Both the position numbers and the translations under genes were made by a program. DNA of 51,238 bases from Gammaproteobacteria bacterium (lineage in GTDB: Bacteria > Pseudomonadota > Gammaproteobacteria > Pseudomonadales > Azotimanducaceae). Below are positions 14,189 to 22,452 of this stretch, piece after piece. Below the pieces are notes generated by a model, which ran no database searches, was not told the origin of the DNA, and was given only the letters and a program-made list of their open reading frames with translations. The DNA lies in assembly GCA_030432795.1 (NCBI GenBank), contig JAUILW010000001.1, positions 1 through 51,238 on the forward strand, in the 5' to 3' direction. The number at the start of each line of letters is the position of its first letter. Position 1 is the first letter of the stretch.

Positions 14189-14664
14189 CCCGCTCTCGGC
14201 GCGGTATCAGCGGCCGCTTCGCGCAGCAGCTCCTGGAGCGCCAGGCACGCGGTCAAACGCGGGAGCAGAAGGGCGCCAATCGGCAACGCGCTCCGCGTCC
14301 GCCGAATTCGGCGCCCGATCGTAATGCCGAGTTCGAGCTGATGCTCAAGGCGCGCGGTATCGGGGGCTATGTGCGCGAGTACCGGTTTCACCCGGTGCGC
14401 GGCTGGCTGCTCGACTTCGCCTGGGTCCCGGAGAAGTTCGCAATCGAGATCGATGGCGGGGTCATGACCGGCGGTAAGCACGTGCGGCCGACGGGCGTTC
14501 GGCGCGACTACGAAAAAGCGGAGGCGCTGCACTTGCTCGGCTGGCGGTTGTATCGTGTGTACCCGGATATGTTCAAGGCCCGCGAGGTGCCGTTTCAGGT
14601 GATTGCCATGTACGTCGATGTGAGCCGGCCGGCGCCGGCAAGCCAGGCCGGGCTGCCGTTGTGA
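14185..14664 (+). CDS. Vsr/DUF559-like PD-(D/E)XK endonuclease with Arg-rich N-terminal extension
   Basis: EYRFHPVRGWLLDFAWVPEKFAIEIDGG...RDYEKAEALHLLGWRLYRV fits the DUF559/Vsr-like core. The N-terminal 45 aa are rich in R and Q. Confidence 0.65.
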   Translation: MTRSRRGISGRFAQQLLERQARGQTREQKGANRQRAPRPPNSAPDRNAEFELMLKARGIGGYVREYRFHPVRGWLLDFAWVPEKFAIEIDGGVMTGGKHVRPTGVRRDYEKAEALHLLGWRLYRVYPDMFKAREVPFQVIAMYVDVSRPAPASQAGLPL

Positions 14665-15071
14665 CCTCGGCGTTCGCCTGGACCGATCCGGTACCGCACT
14701 TCAGCCGCCAGGAGCTGGAGGATCCGTCTGGTGCTCTGGTGCTCGACTCCCGCTTTGCCATCGCCCTGCCCTACCTCCGCTTGCAAGTCGGCCACCCGAT
14801 GCGCCTGACCAGCTGCTGCCGAACTCGAGAACGAAACCTGCAGGTCGGCGGGCATCCTCGATCGCTGCACGTTTGCGATCGCCCGTATCGCACGCTGGCG
14901 CTCGGCTGCATGGCCTGCGATGTCTCGACCTGGGGTTGGAGTAGCGACAAGCGGGACCGGTTCTGTAGTATGGCTGCCGAGCTGGGGTGGTCGGTTGGGG
15001 TCGCTTCGATCTTTGTCCATCTCGATCGCCGAGTGGACATCGGCCTGCCAAGAGCAGATTTCGAGTATTAG
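14661..15071 (+). CDS. Peptidase M15A-type zinc D-Ala-D-Ala / cell-wall peptidase (endolysin candidate)
   Basis: SCCRTRERNLQVGGHPRSLH...ACDVS...FVHLDRR matches the H-x6-D ... H zinc-ligand layout of the peptidase M15 family. Confidence 0.7.
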   Translation: MTSAFAWTDPVPHFSRQELEDPSGALVLDSRFAIALPYLRLQVGHPMRLTSCCRTRERNLQVGGHPRSLHVCDRPYRTLALGCMACDVSTWGWSSDKRDRFCSMAAELGWSVGVASIFVHLDRRVDIGLPRADFEY

Positions 15072-15222
15072 CGTGCTTCGGCCTGTACTCTGAGGTCCGG
15101 GTGCCCGCTCCGCTCACCGGTTTCCGGCGGCGTTCCACACTCTGAGGCGATGTGGTGTCGTTTTTGCCAGCTCGCTGGTAGATTTCTCTGTCGTGTGGTC
15201 GCCGTCGGGACCGGCCTTTCAA

Positions 15223-15795
15223 ATGATCAAATCCGTTGCCTGGTCCGGACGCACCGCCGGACTTCATGGGGTGCGCACCGAGGGCGAGTTAAACGTCGAT
15301 CGCGGCCTGCGCCAGCTCCAGGAGGCGCATGGGCACGAGGTGGTCGATGTCACTCTGCCGAAGCGCCTTGCGCTCTCCGCTCGCAAGTACAAAAACCTCC
15401 TGCTCGATCTGGAGCGCGTGCTGGATGAGACCCGCGAGGGCGATGCCTTGCTCGGTCATTCGAACGGCGGTTACCTGGCCGCCTGGGCGACCCGCTTTCG
15501 CAGCTACTCGAGCGTCATCCTGGTCAACCCGGCGCTGGAGCGTGATTTCGACCTCCGCCGCTCACATGGTGCCCATGTGCATTGCATCCACTCCGGCGCG
15601 GACTGGGTCCTGCGCGCCGTTCGCTACCTGCCCATCGGCCCGCGTTGGGGCTCTGCCGGCGTGCATGGCCTAAACGATCTTGCGCCTCTCGGGCGCAACT
15701 ACCGGACCACCATGGGCCATTCGGAAATATTCGAACACTCAAACGTGGTCGTGTGGGCTGCCACCTGGGACCGCTGGATCCGCGCTTCGCGGTGA
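15223..15795 (+). CDS. Alpha/beta-hydrolase-fold serine esterase-like protein
   Basis: Nucleophile elbow LGHSNGG, later D (HSGADWV) and H (TMGHSEIF). The start is uncertain (GTG 15193 is an alternative). Confidence 0.6.
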   Translation: MIKSVAWSGRTAGLHGVRTEGELNVDRGLRQLQEAHGHEVVDVTLPKRLALSARKYKNLLLDLERVLDETREGDALLGHSNGGYLAAWATRFRSYSSVILVNPALERDFDLRRSHGAHVHCIHSGADWVLRAVRYLPIGPRWGSAGVHGLNDLAPLGRNYRTTMGHSEIFEHSNVVVWAATWDRWIRASR

Positions 15796-15831
15796 TAGAC
15801 TGGCCGGGCTTCAACCACCCGGACACTTGTC

Positions 15832-16074
15832 ATGCGATACCTGTTTTGCGCGTTCGCGCTGCTCCTTTCCGCCTGCGGCACGCCAGGCATCACCACGCCG
15901 CTTGAAGAGCTGCCTGCCGGCATGCTGCTCGGCCGGTGCACCGACTTCGAAGTCGAGCTGGATGGCTATTTCACCGACTCCGGTGGCTCTGGTACCGGCT
16001 GTCAATGCGTGGGCAACGATCGGGACCTGCTTCTAGCGATGCAAGCTCGCCAGTGTCCAGGCGTTGATCAATGA
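15832..16074 (+). CDS. Small lipoprotein (80 aa)
   Basis: Signal peptide with lipobox LLSAC. Four further Cys residues. ATGA coupling to the following giant gene. Confidence 0.7.
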   Translation: MRYLFCAFALLLSACGTPGITTPLEELPAGMLLGRCTDFEVELDGYFTDSGGSGTGCQCVGNDRDLLLAMQARQCPGVDQ

Positions 16075-19000
16075 GCCGCTGGCTTGTCAGCGCGTTTCTG
16101 GCGCTCTCCGCGGCCGTGTGGGCGGTGCCCATGCCGGTGCAGGAGAGCACCTTCGTCTGGCGCTGCGTGGGGCCAAACGGCGTGGAGATCGCCGCCACCT
16201 CCCAAGGCGATGCGTTCCTCCGGTGCGCGGAGGCCGCTGAGCAAACGCCAGGCACCGATTGGTTTCCCGACTTCGGCACCTTTCGGTTTCACGTGGAACC
16301 AGACGCTCCGCCGCCGGCCGTCGATTGTGCCGGCATCTGGTCGGCTTGGACGCGCGTTCCTGGATCCGAGGGTCCCTGCTCCGGCGGCTTTCGCTCCGTC
16401 GATGAGACCCGGCACTTCACCGTCACCACCTCGCCTTCAAACGGCGGCGCCGCTTGCCCTGCAAGCCCACAGAGCCGCGCGGCCACGGAACCGTGCGGTG
16501 GTGCTCTGCCTGCGACTTTTGCTCCTGTGCTTTCCGTAGCGCCTAATGGCCGGCATCTCCGTTTGGATGGAGAACCCTGGTTCTGGATTGGAGACACCGG
16601 ATGGACGATGGGGCATCGTTTGGATGCTGCCGGTGTAACCGCGTATCTCGAAGATCGGCGCGCTCGCGGTGTGCGGGTGATTCAAGGTCCCATCATCACC
16701 CAGGCCGGGACGGCGGCTCCCTACGATGGCGGGCCCGATGATCCGTTCATCCTGACCGCCACCACCGTGGCGCTCAACGAACCGTTTTTTTCGGTGATCG
16801 ATCATGCCGTCGCGGAGGCCGGGCGGCTCGGTATCGCGCTGTGGATGGCGCCGATGTGGGGTCCGCACAACGATCGCCATATCAAGGACCTCGATCTCTA
16901 CAAGCAGTATTTCGCGCTCGTCGCCTCCCGGTATAAAACCCAGGCGCACGTCAATTTCATGATCGGCGAATACGACAAGCTGCGGTGGTCGGGGCCGAAC
17001 GACGACGTGTGGGAACCGCAGCGGCCCATGAACGCGGAGGAGATGACCCGGCTGCGCGCCGCGGTTTCGGCCATGCGTGCAAACGCGCACCCGAGCGCGC
17101 TGATCGCCATGCACGGCGATGCCGGAAAAAACGTAGCCGAGGACTGGGAGGGCGAGCAGGACGTCGATCTGTACCTCCACCAGGCCTATCAAAATCTGAC
17201 CAACCTGGTTGTTTCGAATGGCTGGTACTCCGGTGTCTCTCGACCGTTCCTGCAATCCGAAATCAACTACGAGGGTCCGGATCTGTCCCTGCCCGAGTGG
17301 AATGTTCGCGTGGCTGCGTGGCTGTCGGCGCTCGGTGGTGGTGCTGGTTTTACCTACGGGAATTCCCTGGTCTGGCAATTTGCGGATGGCTGGCAGGGCG
17401 CGCTCGATGCTGGCGGTGGCGTTGCGGTGTTTTCGGTGCTGCGGCCGTTCATGGACCGGATCCACGACGAGGGCAACGTCGCGGATGCCGGCCTGGTTGT
17501 CGACTTCGGTCACCAAAACAACCCGCCGGGCCGGGTCGGAGTACTTCGCCGCGGCGATCGAACGGCTGCCTGGTTCTACGTCGGCAACGGTCGAAACTTC
17601 GAGGTGCGTACCGACCAGTTTGCCGGCTCCGGACCGCTGCGTGGTCGCTGGATGCGACCCGAGGACGGCTCGGTTCTGGCCGAGTTCGATGTGGTGCGGG
17701 GGGCTGCGGTGGAGTTCGACCCGCCGGGGGCCGCTGCCTGGACAAACGATTGGGTCCTAGAGTTGTGGGTACCTTCAGGCACCGGCTCTGGAACCGGTGA
17801 GCTGGCGCTCGAATTCTGGCCGCCCACCGAGAACGAGGACGGCACACCGGTATCTCCGCCGCTCGGCTACATCATCGATCGCTCGCTCAACGGCGGGCCG
17901 CTGATATCCAAAAGCGCCGACCAGGTGGTCGATGCTCCTGCCGGTCGAAAGCGCGCAAGCATCTTCGGCGTGCCGGTTGGGCTCTACTCCGCTCAGGTGC
18001 GCGCGGTCGATGCTTTGGGCGAGGTATCATTTCCGTCTGAATCCACCACCGTCGCTGTCAGCGGCGATCAGCAGGGCACACCCATGGGCATTCTGGACGT
18101 CACGGTCTACTCATCTAGCGCGAATAAAAACCCAGGCGGGCGTGCTCTGGAGGCCGATTTTGGCGACCTGGATTGGGCGCACTTTGGTCGATCGGCGGCG
18201 GCTGATTTCGAGAGCAAGGTCGGCGGCTCCGTGCTGCAGGATTATGTCGACATCGGCTCGCCTACGGTCATTCGCGAGGTCGGTGGCGTTGGTACCGCTC
18301 CGGCCGTTTCTTGGACCAACGGAACCCCGACCGCAACACAGGCCGCCACCACCGCTCATATCTCGAACAGCGTTAACTCCGCAGGCTTTCGTCTCGACTC
18401 CGCGGCGCTTGATCCGAATCGCATTTATCGATTTGTTTTCCTGGTGGGCGTCGACGCCGCCTCCGCCGATATCGACATCTCGCTAAGCGAAGGCTCCGCC
18501 TCATCGTTTTCGACGACGATCACCTCCGGCGCCGGAACCGTAGCGTATGAGGTTTCCGTGGTGGTGCGCGTCGATTCCGCGACCGAGTTCCTCCGCTTTG
18601 ATTTCACCAAGGTGAGCGGGACCAATCATCGCTTGCATGGCGTCTATGTTCAGGACTTCGGCTTCGAGCTGGAACTCTACGACACATTCACCGATACCAA
18701 CGGCACCGGGATCGAATCCCACACGCCGGATTTTGCGCTGCAAAGCGCCGGGGTTTATGAGGCGGTCGGCGCGACCAGCGTGTCCTCCGACGTTACCGGT
18801 TCTGGTGGAATGTCGATTCAATCAAATCAGCTCGAGCTGACTACCAGCGCTCAGCGCGCGCGTTGGAGAACTGGTCATAAAGATCACGTTGTAGAGCTGA
18901 GCTGGGTTACTTCGGCCACCACAGGTCATCGAATCGGTGTATCGCCGCGGCATCTCAACAAGGCAAATCAATATTGGTTCAATCTTCGCGAGCCAAACGA

Positions 19001-20285
19001 CGATTATTCGTTCTATCGCGAGGACGCAGATACGCCTGGGCAGACCAACCTGACCGGGACCGCTCAAGCGCAAACTTTCAACACCAACGCCACCTATCAC
19101 GTGCGCGCCTCGGTCATCGATCTGATCATGCGGCTCGAAGTGGACGGCGAGCTGATTCGTCAGCAAACGCTAAGCAGCGACGATATTCCCGGCGCTAACG
19201 GCGTCGCTTTTGGCGTTGAAGGCGTCGCGACCAACAACCACTTCGATTTCGTGAAGGTGTGGTCTCCCGCTCGGGGGCTACTCGATCTTGGCGCAACTGG
19301 CGGCGTGACCTTCGGCGGAGAAGCTGTCACACCGCTTACCGTGGGCCATCCAGGCGAGTCCGCTGTCGGTTTCGGTGTGGAGGTCATGACTGGCTCCCAG
19401 CTCGGCGAGGTTTCGTTGGCTGGCGAGGGCACCGCTGCGTTCGATCGTGCCGGTGGTGTGCAGGCGGTCGACGTCTCCGGCGCCGCCGAAGGGGCCCAGG
19501 CGTCCACAGCGGTCCTGACGGCCGATGTCGACGTCTTGGGGGGCGTCGATGCCGGCCTGCAGCCATCGGCGCTCAGGAGCGGTTCTGTGTCCACCACGGA
19601 AGCCGCCGATGCGAGTGCGGCGAACTCCGCGACGGCCGATCAGCAGGGCTCCGTTGGGGGCGATGCGGATGCCGGGGTGGCTCCAGGTGCTGACCTGGGT
19701 ATTCCGGTGGATCTGAGCGGGCCTGCGACCGGCGATCACACCACGCAGGCCTCCGCGATCCACCTGGGCGTGCTCGGGCTCGCTGGTGACGCAGGGCACC
19801 AGTCCGCGGCAACGCTTCAGGGCGAGATCACCGTCGATGTGGCATCCGGTGCTGTTGCCGGCGCACAAATGGGCGCCGTCATGCGCCTGCCTCTGACGAT
19901 CGCGTTGAATGCGCAATCTGGAAGCGCCCAGGTGGCGATCGCTAATTTCCTGGGCGGTGTTGGCGGTGATGCGGATGCCGGTGTTGGCGTCGATCGGACG
20001 CTCGGCACGCTGGTCGATGTCTCGCTGTTGTCGGCTGCGGAAGCCGCCGAGGCGATCGCCGCGACGTCGGTGCATCTGACGTCCATCAACGCGCAAGCGG
20101 GCAGCACCCTGGCGCTGCAGGCGCTCCTGGAGGCGGGCGTCGAGGTCAACGAAGCCGGCGAGGCGACTTTTGCGGTTTCTGGTGTGCTGGATACCGAGCG
20201 GATCATCATCTCGGGCGAGATTCGGATCATTGACGAGACCGCGTTGATTCGGGTCCGTCGAATCGACCGGGGTGGCCTAGTCTAA
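16071..20285 (+). CDS. 1404-aa multidomain secreted/envelope-targeted protein: signal peptide, Cys-rich WSAW module, DUF4038/GH140-like glycosidase, FN3-like, ConA/LamG-like, A/G/S/D-rich repeat C-terminus
   Basis: N-terminus MSRWLVSAFLALSAAVWA/VP. GEPWFWIGDTGWTMGHRLDAAGVTAYLEDRRARGVRVIQ matches the DUF4038 TIM-barrel pattern. WPPTENEDGTPVSPPLGYII is FN3-like. YWFNLRE...VAFGVEG...FDFVKVW is lectin/glucanase-like. Confidence 0.8.
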   Translation: MSRWLVSAFLALSAAVWAVPMPVQESTFVWRCVGPNGVEIAATSQGDAFLRCAEAAEQTPGTDWFPDFGTFRFHVEPDAPPPAVDCAGIWSAWTRVPGSEGPCSGGFRSVDETRHFTVTTSPSNGGAACPASPQSRAATEPCGGALPATFAPVLSVAPNGRHLRLDGEPWFWIGDTGWTMGHRLDAAGVTAYLEDRRARGVRVIQGPIITQAGTAAPYDGGPDDPFILTATTVALNEPFFSVIDHAVAEAGRLGIALWMAPMWGPHNDRHIKDLDLYKQYFALVASRYKTQAHVNFMIGEYDKLRWSGPNDDVWEPQRPMNAEEMTRLRAAVSAMRANAHPSALIAMHGDAGKNVAEDWEGEQDVDLYLHQAYQNLTNLVVSNGWYSGVSRPFLQSEINYEGPDLSLPEWNVRVAAWLSALGGGAGFTYGNSLVWQFADGWQGALDAGGGVAVFSVLRPFMDRIHDEGNVADAGLVVDFGHQNNPPGRVGVLRRGDRTAAWFYVGNGRNFEVRTDQFAGSGPLRGRWMRPEDGSVLAEFDVVRGAAVEFDPPGAAAWTNDWVLELWVPSGTGSGTGELALEFWPPTENEDGTPVSPPLGYIIDRSLNGGPLISKSADQVVDAPAGRKRASIFGVPVGLYSAQVRAVDALGEVSFPSESTTVAVSGDQQGTPMGILDVTVYSSSANKNPGGRALEADFGDLDWAHFGRSAAADFESKVGGSVLQDYVDIGSPTVIREVGGVGTAPAVSWTNGTPTATQAATTAHISNSVNSAGFRLDSAALDPNRIYRFVFLVGVDAASADIDISLSEGSASSFSTTITSGAGTVAYEVSVVVRVDSATEFLRFDFTKVSGTNHRLHGVYVQDFGFELELYDTFTDTNGTGIESHTPDFALQSAGVYEAVGATSVSSDVTGSGGMSIQSNQLELTTSAQRARWRTGHKDHVVELSWVTSATTGHRIGVSPRHLNKANQYWFNLREPNDDYSFYREDADTPGQTNLTGTAQAQTFNTNATYHVRASVIDLIMRLEVDGELIRQQTLSSDDIPGANGVAFGVEGVATNNHFDFVKVWSPARGLLDLGATGGVTFGGEAVTPLTVGHPGESAVGFGVEVMTGSQLGEVSLAGEGTAAFDRAGGVQAVDVSGAAEGAQASTAVLTADVDVLGGVDAGLQPSALRSGSVSTTEAADASAANSATADQQGSVGGDADAGVAPGADLGIPVDLSGPATGDHTTQASAIHLGVLGLAGDAGHQSAATLQGEITVDVASGAVAGAQMGAVMRLPLTIALNAQSGSAQVAIANFLGGVGGDADAGVGVDRTLGTLVDVSLLSAAEAAEAIAATSVHLTSINAQAGSTLALQALLEAGVEVNEAGEATFAVSGVLDTERIIISGEIRIIDETALIRVRRIDRGGLV

Positions 20286-20339
20286 GGCGCTGCGATACAT
20301 TGGCACCCGCTAACCGACTTGCGATGGGAGTACCTCTCG

Positions 20340-21041
20340 ATGCTGAACGAAAAAGCCATGTCTGGTGCCGGCTCAGACCTAGAAACCCGATCCCGCGTGG
20401 CGCTTCCTGTGCGTGCTGGTCATGTCGGTATCTACCAGGTCACCGGTCACCGGGTGAAGGACCTCATGGGCGAGCTGGACCGTGCAGAGTCGCGGTTCGC
20501 TTTGCCGTGGCGTGAGGAGTTCCGCTGCAATGCGCTGGCGGCTGGCATGGCACGCGGTCTGGTCAATCAGGCCGAGGTCGATTCTCTCGAGCTGTGGCGC
20601 GATCACGTCGAGAACCTAGTTACCAACCTGGGGCTCGATAATTACCTTTCGCGGATGTGGCTTGCGAGCAACTACACCGCTCAGCACTTCATCGGTCTGA
20701 TCGATGGCACCACGCCAACGATCGCCGGCGGCGATACGATGGCCTCGCATGGGGGCTGGACCGAGTTCACCGAGTACGACACCACGTCCGGCGATCGCCC
20801 GGATCTGACGGCGCTGCTCGGCTCCGTGTCGAGCCAGTCCCTGGCGACCTCCACCGCGGCCGCGTTCCTGGTGAACACCAACTCGCTCGATTGCAACGGG
20901 GCGTTCATCACCACCTCCGCCCAGGTCGGTTCGTCCGGTGGCGATTTGGAGGCGGCCGGTACTTTCACGCAAGGCAATAAATCTGTGGACGACGGCGACC
21001 AGCTGAGCGTCACCGTTACTCTCACTCAAGCCGCGGCTTAA
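20340..21041 (+). CDS. Hypothetical (possibly structural) protein (233 aa)
   Basis: GGGAG lies 9 nt upstream of ATG 20340 (the ORF opens at TTG 20319). Confidence 0.65.
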   Translation: MLNEKAMSGAGSDLETRSRVALPVRAGHVGIYQVTGHRVKDLMGELDRAESRFALPWREEFRCNALAAGMARGLVNQAEVDSLELWRDHVENLVTNLGLDNYLSRMWLASNYTAQHFIGLIDGTTPTIAGGDTMASHGGWTEFTEYDTTSGDRPDLTALLGSVSSQSLATSTAAAFLVNTNSLDCNGAFITTSAQVGSSGGDLEAAGTFTQGNKSVDDGDQLSVTVTLTQAAA

Positions 21042-21058
21042 ACTTCGGAGGCTCTATC

Positions 21059-21277
21059 ATGATCAACGCGCTTGCCCTGGATCGGGTGGAAACGTCCACG
21101 CCGATCGAGATCCCGCACCCGAAGGACCCGAACCAAACGAAGACGCGGCACGCCGCCTTCAAGCTCTCTAAGGGCGTGGTTTACGAAATGGACCAGCCGC
21201 TGTTCGATCGCCTGGTGAAGCAGGGCCTGGTCGAGCAGGTCGAAGAGCAGGGCGTGGCGATCGAGTTCCTCAGATGA
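21059..21277 (+). CDS. Hypothetical protein (72 aa)
   Basis: GGAGG RBS. Confidence 0.65.
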   Translation: MINALALDRVETSTPIEIPHPKDPNQTKTRHAAFKLSKGVVYEMDQPLFDRLVKQGLVEQVEEQGVAIEFLR

Positions 21278-21669
21278 CACGCCTTGAATCGTCCCGCGTT
21301 CGTGAGATCCGCGAGACGGTTTACCTGGATGCGGTCAACCCGATCCGGCTGCGGTTCGAGCAGTACAACGTCGCCACCGATGCCTGGGATGCGCTGGATC
21401 TAACGACCGCCGCCTCCTTTGCCGTTGAGCTCATTCCGGCGCTTGCCAATGCGGGCTCTGCTCAGGGCCCGTTCTCAACAGGCACCTATCCCGACATCGT
21501 CACCGCTCCCGTTGCTGGTCGCCTGGTGCTGACGCTCGGCGAGCTCGATATCGCGGTGGGTGATTATTACCTGCGCGTCTCCGCCACCGATGTGGCCGAT
21601 GACATCACCGTCCTGGTGCACGAAGAGAACCCGCATTACCGCGTCCTGGTCACCGTCGCCGAGGCCTGA
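21274..21669 (+). CDS. Hypothetical protein (131 aa)
   Basis: ATGA coupling to the upstream gene. Confidence 0.65.
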   Translation: MTRLESSRVREIRETVYLDAVNPIRLRFEQYNVATDAWDALDLTTAASFAVELIPALANAGSAQGPFSTGTYPDIVTAPVAGRLVLTLGELDIAVGDYYLRVSATDVADDITVLVHEENPHYRVLVTVAEA

Positions 21670-21672
21670 GCC

Positions 21673-22332
21673 GTGACCGTCGCCGCTGTGGTCGATGCCG
21701 ATGCCCTGGTGCGCAAAGCCGCGGAGCTGGGTGCCACCGGCCTGGGTAAGGCGATCGGCACCGCCAACGCGCGCGCAGGCCGTGCGGTGCGCGTTGCGGT
21801 GGTGAAGCACATCCGCGAAAGCTGGGTGATCAAAACCTCGGATCTAAACGCGCAAATCACCATCGAAGCGCCGCGCGGCACCGACGTGCCTGCGTCTCAG
21901 CAGTACGTCGAGCTGCGTGCCAAGGGCGGGCCGATTCCTCTGGTGCAATTCGGCGCGAAGATGGGCCTTAAGGGCGTGACCTATCGGATCTCCAAGAAGA
22001 AAGCGCGGCGGGTCTACAAGGCGCGAGGCCGCGCCGGTTTCGTCATCGGTAAGCGTCCGCTGGTTGAGAAGACAAACCGCCGCTCTGGTCGCACCAGCCT
22101 GAAGAAGGGCACGTTTGTGCCTGATCCTCGTTTCGGTGGTCATGCGTGGGTATCGATCCCTGGCAGCTCTCGCATCCTGAAGGTGCACGGTCCTGGTATC
22201 GCTCAACGTGTCGCTGGTCGGCGCGCGCGCCGGGTGATGGAGCAGCGGTGGCTCGAACAATGGCCCAAGGAGTTCACCGCCGCCATCCAGCAGCGGATCC
22301 GGGTCGCTGAGGCAAAGGCACGCCGCGCTTAG
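21673..22332 (+). CDS. Lambda gpZ-like minor tail / tail-completion protein
   Basis: The overall layout resembles lambda Z: N-terminal A..NRA-like segment, basic middle (ISKKKARRVYKARGRAGFV), and a C-terminal WPKEFTAAIQQRIR comparable with lambda LPKELGYALQHQLR. Confidence 0.5.
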   Translation: MTVAAVVDADALVRKAAELGATGLGKAIGTANARAGRAVRVAVVKHIRESWVIKTSDLNAQITIEAPRGTDVPASQQYVELRAKGGPIPLVQFGAKMGLKGVTYRISKKKARRVYKARGRAGFVIGKRPLVEKTNRRSGRTSLKKGTFVPDPRFGGHAWVSIPGSSRILKVHGPGIAQRVAGRRARRVMEQRWLEQWPKEFTAAIQQRIRVAEAKARRA

Positions 22333-22452
22333 CGGTGATAGGCTTTGCGTGCTCGTTCCTGCTCGTGGCGGCGTTGTGGGGCTCGCAGATCTACCTGAAC
22401 ATTTAAGGCGCGCGTGCTCGTTCGCGTGCTGTGATTTGGCATGGAGGATTCG

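Noticed and set aside
15832-16074. The lipoprotein as an o-spanin.
   Set aside because: No overlapping or adjacent i-spanin partner exists. The gene is instead translationally coupled to the 1404-aa exported protein. The o-spanin idea is kept only as a minor possibility within the lysis finding.
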